Shown in pieces: positions 53,101 to 64,000 of a DNA stretch of 64,000 nucleotides. The translations under genes and the position numbers were made by a program. The DNA comes from Phoronis australis. Lineage: Eukaryota > Animalia > Phoronida. The notes under the pieces are model-generated. The model saw only the letters and a program-made list of their open reading frames with translations. It did no database searches and was not told where the DNA came from. Positions within the stretch are counted from its first letter, which is position 1. Every line of letters begins with the position of its first letter. Where the stretch lies: assembly GCA_002633005.1 (NCBI GenBank), contig NMRA01000154.1, positions 445,210 through 509,209 of the forward strand. Reading direction: 5' to 3'.

Positions 53101-54589
53101 ATCCCCATACAAACAATTGTTATTTAAACAAAAGGGTCCTCTTATGATGACAAATTTCAAACCTAGACACACAATTGTAATACTTAGCGAAAGTTAGCCT
53201 AATGAAGCATATCTGTATACTCAAATACACAGCTTTGCGCCGATGTGGGTTAGAAAATGACCAGATAAAATCTGACACAAAATTAGTGTCATTAAAAGCT
53301 ACACTCAGGGCCTTGATTAAACTAATTATTTACCGGTGTTGAAAAAACTGTCGTTCTAGTATTCTGCTGCTAAAATTGTGGTGCGATCTTTGCGTCGGCT
53401 TTCGGCGCCATGAAATATTGCGTCACCTCAGTATTGGCCAGTTTCTTTTTTCGCCGATTCTTCAAGCAACTGTTATTCTTTCACGAGGTTGCGTACACGC
53501 TTCAACAATTCGTAGCTGGTTTCACTTCATTATAAGTTTTTAGAGTTTTTATATCAGCAAACCGAAATTGAGAACAAATTTTGCTGCTGCAAAGCTGTCA
53601 TCATCTCTCAAAAGATGTCACAAAAAATAGGAAATGGCGCGTGCGCGTGTCACGAGCGAACTGTTTTCAAAACGGCGACATACTTTTCTTTGTTACGAAA
53701 GGTGAAGAATTAAGCAAGAAAGTCACGTTTGTCAGATTGTTTCTCACTTAAACGGCTGTAACGAGTACTAAAAGGTTAATGTCGGTTGATTCCTTGATTT
53801 CATGCACCCCCGCCGAGGGCTTTAGCTCCACATGTTGACAACAGGGGCGGATCCAAGATTTTGAGTTGGGGACAGGGCAGAATATTGGCAAGGATATTGC
53901 CCGTCTTACATTCGCACCCCGGAATCTGGGAAAATTTTAGGGAGGCCATGGCTCCCTCCCCCAACTAAATCCGCTCCTGGATACAAGTTTTACGGCGAGG
54001 TGACGATCAGAACTACCCCGGCCTGTGTGCAATTTCGAAGTCGGAGCTCAACACACAATGGTATCTAGCTGTATTATGACGATAGTCTTCAAATAGCTAG
54101 CTGACTGTGTAGGCGAAAGGGTCCTCTTTTAATGGTATTTTCATCCCTAGACACACTGCTATTTAGGCGAAATAGTCCTCTTTTCATGATATATTTTATC
54201 CCTAAATACACAACTGTAATTCAGGCGAAAGCGTCCTTTTTAATGATATCTTTCAACCGTAGACACACAATTCTTAGTCAATACATCAAATTTGACTCGA
54301 GATTTGCTTTTCTGACAACACAGTTCAGAGATTTACAACTCACGTGGTTTCCCGCTGATCAAATTTGTACTTACTTTCGTAAGTGGCATTTTATGTGAAC
54401 GCTCACTTTCTTCTCGTATGTTGTCATGTGAAGTTCCAGCACAGTGCTGGGGTCACCATTCGGTGGGAAGGCGAAAACGAACTTGTTTGCATAGTTACTC
54501 CGATATGGAGATGCTTGGGTTGTAACAAACAGAACAAGAAAATAAAATATGTCACGCCCAAAAGGATATAAAATGTCGTGTGAAAACAT
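47104..54589 (-). CDS. Membrane-anchored IgGFc-binding-protein N-terminal-domain (FCGBP-like) protein with acidic DNDCDGxxDE motifs, ~696 aa
   Basis: Exons (minus): 54589-54375, 52855-52700, 51896-51686, 51498-50933, 49402-49026, 47669-47104; phases consistent, 2091 nt. Motifs typical of the IgGFc_binding domain: NKFVFAFPPN, SEGFLIWPEEALSTKY, AVVATEDTEV, STPVAVIIGS, IEMLVPTDNWG, PAISIVPPVEQFRSDYLF, FGAFLYG..AYATPAGM. These are followed by PGDGVDNDCDGRVDEEADNSEDDDMDGRIDED, a TM helix (GIITVSFIGAFIAAALIGSGLYAY-KYIHRR) and a cytoplasmic tail. Start codon uncertain (upstream in-frame ATGs at 54613/54628). Confidence 0.85.
48051..48272. mobile_element. hAT-like MITE
   Basis: Inverted ends CACGCGCGCACCCAGCCT / AGCCAGGATGCGCGCATG; related to 837-980. 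Confidence 0.5.
53070..54275. repeat. ~60-bp tandem repeat split into two clusters (53070-53193 and 54113-54275)
   Basis: Unit GCGAAA.GGTCCTCTT.TAATGATAT.TTCA..CCTAGACACACAATTGT. Confidence 0.7.
53842..53979. mobile_element. hAT-like MITE, same family as 775-1087
   Basis: TIR CAGGGGCGGAT / ATCCGCTCCTG; degenerate flanks gttgacaa / gatacaag. Confidence 0.6.
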
Positions 54590-55473
54590 GATGAAGAATG
54601 TGTCTTCGTGCATAGCGTTCTTAAACACATGATTTGTATGCTTATAAGTTCTAAAGCACGTGGAAATATTTCTGTAGGCTTAATCAAAACATGGAACGGC
54701 AAACGCTTTTTAAGCAACGTTTTCTAATGTGAGACTACTAGATTATTTGTTTCGCGACGAATGCTCTCTGATATTTAAAAGGATACCAAACCTGACGACC
54801 CGATAGAGTTCTGATAGTTCAACTGAAGGGGGTTTTACGGATACCATAAGCTCTGAAACCATAATCAACACCTGGAGTAAAAAAACTGGAACCCAAAGAT
54901 AAAGACCGCGAGTTTATTATGTTTCAATGGTTTCTCACAAGTCTACAGGTATTTGAAATCTTGAAACAACGATATCGAACTATGGCTACAGAAGGTAACG
55001 TTTAATCACCCTGTTGTTTGGCTGTCCGAATGATACTTTTCTTGCAATAAATGTTTTGATACTGGAAATGTTTTTGACTAAGCTCATAATCTAACAAGAT
55101 GGTTTCGCTGAAATGCCCCCAACCGAAAGTAAGTGTAGAGAACTGAGTAATTACTTAAAAAACCGTGGTAGTTATTCGTAGATTTATTGTCATAATAAAG
55201 CTGTCTGCTCCATCTTGGCTTTATGAGAATTTGTAGGACAGGCATACCAAAAGGTACTGGTCAAATAACGCTTCACCCCCTTCCGCCCAAGCAAAAGTAG
55301 TTTCGTCCCTGGCTATAACATGCAAACTTTATATTTGATTTTGTCTGTGTGATGTTTACACACTATATTGGGTTTCATAGCCATCATTATATCAAACGTT
55401 TCTCTTCGCGATGTTGGTTTTTGATCAAATTAGCAGTAGAAAACTGAGAAGAATGCTGGTGACTTATTGGATT

Positions 55474-55893
55474 TACATGTATACAATGTCCAACCTTTCG
55501 ATGGTAATTCAATCCATCGTCATCTTCACCATCAAGGAACTAAAAAACCCCAAAAGGGCCCCAACTAATTAAGAGCAACACATAACAGTATGAAACCAGT
55601 AAATACAGATTTAATAATGATCAAAACTAGCCCCAAAGAGTGAGATCAATAGAGCAGATTGCCATTCAATGACGCCCTAGCATTCAGCTCAACGGTAGGA
55701 ATAGTATGGTCTATTACGTCACCCGGTACCACCGAGTGCACACAGAGGGCACTGTCGTCACCTAAAGTGGTTCTAACTGGTGAAATACTGTTTTCAGTTG
55801 CTCTTGGTTAGTTGTGGCCATTTTGTGAGTTTTCTGGTTCCTTGATCGTGATGGATTGATTTGCCATCAAAACGTTGGACATCGTTACATGTA
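55474..55893. mobile_element. Foldback element with ~100-bp inverted arms
   Basis: 55474-55579 (TACATGTA..ATGTCCAACCTTTCGATGGTAATTCAATCCATC..ACCATCAAGGAAC..CAACTAATTAAGAGCAAC) aligns with the reverse complement of 55797-55893. Confidence 0.8.
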
Positions 55894-56459
55894 CAATGTC
55901 AACACCAGTGGTTCTCAGTTAATCATTCCTCTTCCTGCATATAATGTTGATTTATGGGCAGGCACCTGCCTAACTTCATGAATTGTCTGTTGATGAAGTA
56001 GTTTTAAAAATATCTACACTAGGGTTTCCTATTGGTTTGCCATTTGAAATATTAGTCATACTGAAAGTTAGTCAATGTCCACTGTTTTACTGTTTTTTGG
56101 AAAACTGTGAAAAGCTCCCATCAAGTGATTTTCTCGTTTCATTTTCACAAGTAATCATCTTATGATTTTTTCTGCATATAGATACACTTGTGTAAGGAGT
56201 GTACTGTTTTAACCAAATACCTTACGTTTGCTTAAAGTATATGATCTTCATTAAGGAATGTTGAATGGAGAGATTGAGGGTAACACTATCAACGTTGTTT
56301 GTATCATCTCCAACAGATGTCACCCAATCACCAACTGTATTGCTGAATCATTCCTGAAATACCATTGTATCAGCAATAACATTTTGTTGCTTTTCTTGCA
56401 TCACTTGTCATTCATGTAAATTTGTCAGTTTTTCTTTAATAATCTAGAGACAATACAAT

Positions 56460-59175
56460 CATTCTCAATGAATCGCGACAAATGCTGAAGCCAATGTTCA
56501 GCTCACCACGGAGGATGTCCGAAGTCATTAAACAATGTCAAAATACCTTTAAAAAAGAATAATATGTCTAACGTGGGTGCTGTGTCTTATGACCGGCTAC
56601 AGTTTACATGGTAGGTGTCACAATGCATCATGTAGCCTAGGGTTCCATAAAATTGCGTGAAGCTGAAAAAACGACAAAGTAGAAACAGGCTCTCTTTCAG
56701 TGTTATAATAACTTGTCCAATCGAAACGAATAATTGCGTTTTGGAAACTCAGCGAGACATATTTAAAGAGAAAGTCAACGTTTTTTTATCAACAAAAAAT
56801 ATATTTTAATTACCACCATGTTTACTGAGTGAAGCCAAACTAAAATCATTTACGAGACCTCATTGGCGTGTTTCTTGAAAAAAAGTTTCAAGAGATATTT
56901 TAGTGAATTCGCGATCAATAATTTGTAATACACAAAAAACGGCGATGGCATTATTTTTTTAAACCTTTGCCTTATCTGAAATTGGCTGTGTGGCACTGCT
57001 TTTCAAGAAGCGCAGTGGAATTTTTTTGGAATCATTTACGAGACGTGCATAAATTCAACAATAGTGCGTTGATTAAAATGAAGATGTGGAAACTAAAATA
57101 ACTCTACAAAGCTATGGTGATGTGCGAAATCATTGCACAGTTTTGAAAGTTTTTGGCGAACATTTATGAAAAAATTGGCATTTGAAATCGGTTGCTTATC
57201 ATTTACGAGCCTTCATTTACGGGACAATTTTATAATTAGGTCAAGTCCAATTAATTTTACCTACTATTGGCATGTTTGACATGAATATAGGTCAATTTTT
57301 CAAGAACGAGCACGTGCGCTTCAGCTGCCATCGATACTGTCTGAAAATATTCGCTAAGGAAGTCAACAGAACTTTTGGGTAAGTTTTCAGTAATGTCACT
57401 TTTATAATTCACATGTTTTAGGGTCGTTATTAACGTACTAGAAGAAGTGACGAAATGCTTCCTGTGAAACATACTTTGATTAGAATTTGCTTGACGTTGG
57501 TCTTGATAAGTTCTCGTAAAAAATTGTCACGTAAATGATATCCAGTGTCCCGTAAGTGATTTGTTCTATTTTCACTCAAATTCATTTCATTTTTAAGTAG
57601 TAATTAAATTATTATCTGTAACGATACATAACTTAATTCAGCTGACCTTGCAAAAATAATAATGACATCTTTTATTTTATTTAATACCTATTAATTAGAG
57701 TTTGTCACTTTGGTTTGCGTTGCGGAATGCCAAAATCCAAGTCTCAGCGGATGAAGGAATAGTCTAGAGAGCCCGTAAAAAGGCACAACTCGGTGACGAA
57801 TGGCTTAGAAGAGAAAGAGAACGAGTTACGGGTATTTCGTAACAGTGTCAGAACTGACAGAAGTACAAAAAGTCGGAAAACAAGAAACCAACAGAGTGTT
57901 AGCTGAGACCAAAGAAGTCAATATATAAGTGAAGCAAGGCAATTTTGTTTGTAAATATGAAGATCGCCGATATCTCGGACAAGTCGTGGACACAGATGAT
58001 GTCGACTTGCCTGTGGAGGTCAACTTCTTGCAGCCGTCCAGTAAAATGAGTGGATTGTTTATGTGGCCGGCCAAAGGAAACAAGATTTGGCTACGGAAAG
58101 ATGACCTCGCACCTACTGGGAAAGCTGCAGAGCGTTCAAGCCGTCAGATGAATTGCTGGACTACCTTGATTTTTCCTAATGACGTTTAAAGCGCAGTTAA
58201 AATTGCCGTTAAAAGGTTTTTAACCTTAACAGTCTTTAGCCCAGTTGTCAACGCTTAAGTTGTCATTTACGAGACGTGACATGTGACGTCAGTGTTAGAT
58301 GTCAGGCACAATTGTATAGCAAATTTTGTAAAAATGTTGAACGCAAACTTTTGGATTTACTTGTACATGTACATGTGAGTTGTGTTACAAATGTCTCCAC
58401 GTGCCTTCAGGCATCACAGACGGTTGAATTGTAATCTGTTGTCATTTTTATTACCTAATCAGTTACATCAACTCATACAAGTGACAACAAATAGCCTTCA
58501 ATACGTATACTATCCGTCATTATTTCATACCAGTTTTTCCTGAAGTGTAGGTGTTCATAAATAATTTCCACCGACACAATATCACTTGCCCCTCACTTAC
58601 GGGACATGTTGTGTCATTTACGAGACGTCTTTAAATTCACTTAAGGATTTTTTAGTCATCACATTACCGGATATTGGATACCAGTTTTTGAATGATCGAT
58701 TGTCGCTAATGAAAATTAAGACAAGTGCAAACACCACGGCACCTGTTTTTATAAAACACAGTTATAAACAAACGACGTGTTTTAAAAAAGTAAAAATTTA
58801 GTTCAAAAGTTAAATTTTTATATGTCCACGATAAATACACAATAAAGTAGAAAATACTTAGAGCTGTTTTTCTCGATTTTAACAAGCATGCTGATTAATA
58901 AAATTGCACAATGAGATTGTTCGTTGTCAATGATAACAAACTAGACCGAAAATTAACCCAACGAACGCGTTTTTATGTTTTCAAATAAATTATCCAGTTG
59001 CTCTAATAAAACAACAAAATAACTCTATAACTGCACTTGCTGAGCTGAGGAAATTGTTCAAAACTTATCATTCATACGTTAAACTAAGAAAAAATAATAC
59101 GTTAGCTCCAGATGAAGATACTTGAAAATCGAGTGTCTCAGGAGTCGAATTGTCGCGATTCATTGAGAATGGCTC
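56460..59175 (+). mobile_element. 2.7-kb internally deleted DNA transposon, probably Sola-type (GAG terminus), with transposase N- and C-terminal relics
   Basis: Perfect 22-bp inverted repeat CATTCTCAATGAATCGCGACAA (56460-56481 / 59150-59171); the right end reads GAGCCATTC inward. Many internal TCATTTACGAGAC repeats. Broken ORF from 57727 (MPKSKSQRMKE*..RARKKAQLGDEWLRRERERV) fused to GNFVCKYEDRRYLGQVV..VEVNFLQPS....FMWPAKGNKIW. Superfamily assignment is inference. Confidence 0.75.
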
Positions 59176-59354
59176 AATAATGTTCTAAAAAGCATGATTA
59201 TTTCTCTGCCTTTGTCTAATTTGTCTCAAGGACCTGTGACTGAAATTGAAGAACATTTTGGACACCAGACATAATAATCAACAACTCCTTTAATACGACA
59301 TGCCTGCGACATGTTTATTTACAACAATAAATAATACTACACTTTTCCATACAA

Positions 59355-62300
59355 TCAATCATAATGCATTTTCATGGACGACACGCGGTCAAGGCTCTCT
59401 TTATAGTCATCTACCTCCAATCCACTTTCCAGAAATTTATGAAACTTCTTAATGTTTATTTTGGAAGCTTCGTCATGAAGTTTTTCCAGTAGCACACCGG
59501 AGGAAGCGTTCGACTGCAAGGAAGTCATCATAGGCACGGTCTCAACACCTGTAAGGTAAAATCTGGACTTATTAGGTAGGATAGTCAATGACAACTATAC
59601 TACAGCATATAATGCGACCTCACACCAGGAAATTTAAATATTGCCTTAATTTTTTTTGGATGACCCCCATCCTACAGAAACTTTATTTTGGCAGAAAATG
59701 ACGTTTTTATTCCACGAATGGCTTTTGATTTTTAACAACAATGTGTAGGATAGAGAAGCAGATGAGAAAGGACACAAAAGCAACAGCAAGGCCACTAGAG
59801 GGCACCACATAGTAATTTATTTGCTAAAGTTCATGAACATCCATCAAAGAACTTGGTAGATATCAAGGCAAACGCAAAGAAAAACAAAATTGCCACTATG
59901 CGACTACGTCATGGTCGTATTTGTCCCAACAATGTGTCAGTTGTACTCTCCTCATCAGAAAACATGCTTAATTTCTTGAAGATCTATAAACGAAATTGTA
60001 TTTAATCAAATGCAAAAAAAACAAAGTTGCCACAAGAAGGCCACAGCAGTCAGACCTGTTCGAAAATCATCATCAGCCATCATGCACTTCCAATAGGAAC
60101 ACATGCCAATTTCATAAAGACCCTTAGAGTGACTTGGTCGAATGACAGGCAGACATCAAAAACCAGACTCAAAGGTAATAAAGATGGCCACTAGGTGGAA
60201 TACAGTATAATGAATCCATTCGAAAATGGGAAGGTGTTATCATCTCTTTAACTGTCTAGAATGTTATTTGTCAAGTTTCATGCAAATCTGTAGGAGAACT
60301 CTGAAGATACGCAGGAAAATGGATACTAAAAATTACCACTAGGGAGTACAATGGTCCATTGAAAATGGTCATTGTTTGTCACGGGCAAATACACCAGTCA
60401 CATTTAACAACTTAAAGGATCCTGCACGAGGTTTAGGAGATAGAGCCGCGAAGGAAAAAACAACCACCAGAGGGTGCCAATGTAGTTAGAACCATTCGAA
60501 AATCGTCAGCTGTGGTCTTCATAGTGAAACACACATTCCAATGCTCATAATGATCCTTTGAGTGGTTTGTTAGATAGAGAGACAATGGTAGTCAGGTGCA
60601 CCTGAAAGTCATCGACATCTGTCATGATCACTGTATGCAAGGATAATTACCCAGAATTCTCTATCAAGACAGTTGCGTGCAAGGAGAAGTACCCAGAACT
60701 CTCTATCATGACGCTCTATCAAGACCAACATGTAAAAGGATATTTACCCAGAATTCTCTATCATGACGCACCAACATGATCAATGCGCGAAAGGATATTT
60801 ACCCAGAATTCTCTTTCACGTCAACTGTGTACAAAGATAATTACCCAAAATTTTCCGTCCAAGGATACTTACCCACCATGACAAAAACAAAATAGTTTTT
60901 TTCAAATTATGGAATAGGTAAGATGAAGATCATGTGAAATTTGAAATTTTACTCAAAGTAAATGATGCCACTGGTCATTTTAAAGTCCAATCTAAAGACA
61001 ATTTGTGTGTGCCAAGCCTACAGTAGATGTACAGGGTAGGCAATTACGTTGTTTTGTGGCTTTAAGCTCCAGCAACATCAATAATCTCAAGTGACTTAAA
61101 CAACACTGAGTGGATCTAAAGTGACATCAGACATACCGTGAGTGAGTACACTGCGCTGCGTGTCAGACAGAAGGCCATCTGTCGTCACTGATGAGTCAAA
61201 TACGTGTGGATAGGGGGCGTTTACAGGGCTCGGTGCGGTCACAGAACTAGAGGCACTGAAAACGAATGCGTAAATATTTAGTAAACACACCTCACACAAG
61301 ATGGTGCTGGACATAAGTTTTACTGTCGAGTACACAAGGTTCTCAACATTAGCTTTCAAGTCTATTGAAATAATTATGCATTTAGAGTTTCTTTCACTTC
61401 CAACGTCTGCTTCAAGGGAGACTACAATAGCATGAGCTAGTGAAGAGAAAAATGATGTGTGACGGAAATGAAGATGAAGGATATAGAGGGGACATGAGGG
61501 ACAGAGATGGGACAAAGCCAAAATAAGGTGGACGTAAAGTTTGCAAGAACATAGCAAGAGATTTTATAAATCATGATATAAATTGGAGTCACTGTTGGTT
61601 TTGATGTTCTTGCTCATAACATAAGCATTTACAAGACCACCTTTATGAGAGTAGAAGGCCCATTCAATTCAAATTTTTGTTTGTAGCTAAACATAGAAGT
61701 TGTGTCTTTCTCCACTATGATCTTCTCCTGACAATTCAGTTTTGTGCAAAGTTTGATGGAAAAACAGGGGACAGACATCACATCAAACACCTCAATGTGT
61801 AAACACTTTACACAGGCAAGTGGATAGAATTTTCAATTGCCCGATGAAATCACAAAACATTAGAAACTGATGTCTCGGGAGTGTTTCAGTGTTGACTGAT
61901 GAAATTTGGACAGTCCATATCATATAGCCCTATTGCCCAAGTACAGATGTGACAATGCAATGATGGTTATTTTGGGGGTCTCAGCAAAAACTGTCAACTG
62001 AAAAACAGTTACGAGTCAGTAACATAAATCCAGATGAAACGTAAATTTCCACAAAATGCAAAATTCATGAAACAAAATGGTCAAAAAACGTTAGCAACCA
62101 TCACGAACAACAAAAAAGATTGCTTACTTGAGTGAGGTGGGGAAGACTTCGGCCAGGTAGTACTGTAATACTTCATCGACTGTTGAACAGTTCTGCAGTA
62201 TGCGTGGCATCTTGGAGTTAGCAGTGCTAAAAATTAGTAAAGACATTGTAGATATCTGAACCATTTCCCCTAAACACAATATTTATGATCTTCATAACAC

Positions 62301-63329
62301 GGACAACACCAAATACAGTAAGGCAGTAACTATCTCATCTCATAAAACAGTATTTATGACCTTCATAACTCCGACAGCACCAAGTACACTAACACACCAT
62401 CTCATAAAATTCAACAATTTGTACCTTTTGACTTTGTTTGCTGGGATCCCTCTTACTGTTACTGCCTGGGCGTACACATTGGCTCTATCACAACAATAGG
62501 GTGTCAGCGGTTGCCATGGCAACTGGTTGCCAAGGGACACCAGTGAGTGCATTAGTGTCTCCGGCTCTTTCAGTGGAAATGGAAAAGACGACTGCAAGCA
62601 TGCTAGCTGAAAATCAAAAAACAAAAGTCAAACAAATCCTGAAAAGTGTTAGAAATTAAATACGTGCTTTTAGAGCAGGAATGGCTACAGGAGTTTGAAA
62701 GTAAACGTCAGGTGCACACTGTATTCAGGGCCTTTGTATGCGGGACAAAAACGCAACTTTTTGGAAATATTGATGGCGCAATTGCACACATTTCTGCATC
62801 TTCGTGTGAATGTGTGGACCTTTTGAAGATACAATTAAAAGTTTTGGTTCAATTGGCGTATTGAATCTATGTGGATGGAAAATTTTGAAAACGATAAGCA
62901 AATAGAGTTGTGAGGAAGGAGAACTTGAAAATGCTAAGAAACATTTTTTACAAATGGAAATAAAGTCACATGGTCAAGACCTTAGCTTAACAATAACAAG
63001 CGAACTCGATAAAACTGGATTCTGCTATTGGCTAGTCAGTAGCCAAGAGTCGGGAACAAGAGTCTACATTCAATTTGAGACTACAGTCCATAGTGCACTC
63101 TGTTGGCAATCGGCTAAAAATAGACCACTCACCGACTCGTTTCCTACCGTCTGGATGAAAATTTGTGACTTAGTGCTCTACATCTAAGACAATTTACCTT
63201 TCGCCCTTGGGCTCCGATTACGTCTGTTATCTGAGCCAGAGGAACAGGCTGAGATTCGCGTCTCCACGGTAATGTCAGAGTTTCTACAGCTGCCCCAAGG
63301 ATGGCGCTTGTGTGGTACATTAAGTCATG
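59355..63329 (-). CDS. MSTO1: Misato homolog 1 (tubulin/FtsZ-like mitochondrial distribution regulator), 3' five exons; gene continues beyond window end
   Basis: Exons (minus): 63329-63198 (HDLMYHTSAILGAAVETLTLPWRR...QGRK), 62606-62425 (LACLQSSFPFPL...WQPLTP...AQAVTVRGI), 62226-62128, 61255-61137 (PSPVNAPYPHVF), 59548-59355 (VETVPMMTSLQS...KFHKFLESGLEVDDYKESL...HYD*). Phases are consistent and the sequence matches the Misato C-terminal region. AATAAA on - at 59314-59319. Confidence 0.9.
59760..60600 (-). mobile_element. Related degenerate tandem-unit element in the last MSTO1 intron (opposite orientation to 28180-29200)
   Basis: Periodic RCCACYAG.GGG motifs (59791, 59892, 60029, 60187, 60335, 60463). 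AAAGGATCCTGCACGAGGTTTAGGAGATAG at ~60415-60444 resembles the reverse complement of 28275-28303. Confidence 0.5.
60635..60875. repeat. Degenerate tandem repeat AAGGATA.TTACCCAGAATTCTCTATCA..AC
   Basis: About 6 copies with 40-55-bp spacing in the last MSTO1 intron. Confidence 0.75.
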
Positions 63330-63419
63330 CTGTGAAAGAAAAAGTCAATTGTTAATATTCAAATTCAGAATATTATTTCAGCCTACAACACTGCACACCA
63401 TTGGCAACAACTAGGAAAA

Positions 63420-63762
63420 GACAATGGAGACACCAGGTGGCACTCCATACAGATAGAGTGCTAACACCAGGTGCCACTGTATACAAGTAGAGTGTTGACA
63501 CCAGGTGGAACTTCATACAAATAAACCAGAATGCAATTTATAGAGATACAATGGTGACAACAGGTAGCACTTCATCAGATAGAACAGTGACACCAGGTGG
63601 CACTTCATACAGATAGAATGGTGACACCAGGTGACACTTCGTAGATAGAATGGTGACACCAGGTGACACTTCGTAGATAGATTGGTGACACCAGGTGACA
63701 CTTCGTACAATTAAAGAGGTGACACCATGTGGCATTTCATACAGATAGAGCTTGACACCAGA
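63420..63762. repeat. ~32-bp minisatellite GATAGAATGGTGACACCAGGTGRCACTTCRTA
   Basis: About 10 copies in an MSTO1 intron; no unique spacers. Confidence 0.9.
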
Positions 63763-64000
63763 CAGCATATGTGGCCCTTCCTCAGGAACATTTTGTGGTC
63801 CCTGGTTAAATTACACAGACTTATGTGGAGATTATAAAAATATGTTGCAACGGTGGCAATGACACAACTGAGAATGACCTCAGTCTGATTGAAGCCAATT
63901 AGAAGATTTCATTTCTATCTGAGAAGCCAAGAGCATTAACTTGAGCAAACATACCTCTCCACAGACAGGATCAAAATTCGACTTTCACCATGCAACTAAT

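Noticed and set aside
63955-64000. Further MSTO1 exon ending at donor-like gtatgt (63954)
   Set aside because: The required phase-0 frame contains TGA and the peptide does not resemble Misato; the upstream exons lie outside the window.

Overview
Intron-rich, AT-rich (by eye) animal genomic DNA; the repeat types and the FCGBP-like protein architecture suggest a lophotrochozoan, possibly a mollusc (inference). Four spliced genes can be reconstructed by hand with GT-AG junctions and consistent phases. (1) A complete 31-exon Elongator subunit ELP1/IKBKAP on + (5201-36551, ~1328 aa). (2) An apparently orphan 2-exon single-pass membrane protein on - (40626-42777, ~157 aa) with a GAP-43/MARCKS-like acidic tail. 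(3) A 6-exon membrane-anchored IgGFc-binding (FCGBP N-terminal domain) protein on - (47104-54589, ~696 aa). (4) The last five exons of Misato/MSTO1 on - (59355-63329; the gene runs off the window). Introns and spacers hold many mobile elements: a 4.3-kb TA-flanked TIR element, a Sola-like deletion derivative, a Penelope remnant, HINE-like composites with arrays of CTCF-like motifs, several MITEs, tRNA-derived SINE heads and minisatellites. Most short ORFs in the supplied track are intronic noise. No CRISPR array, rRNA or intact tRNA is supported.
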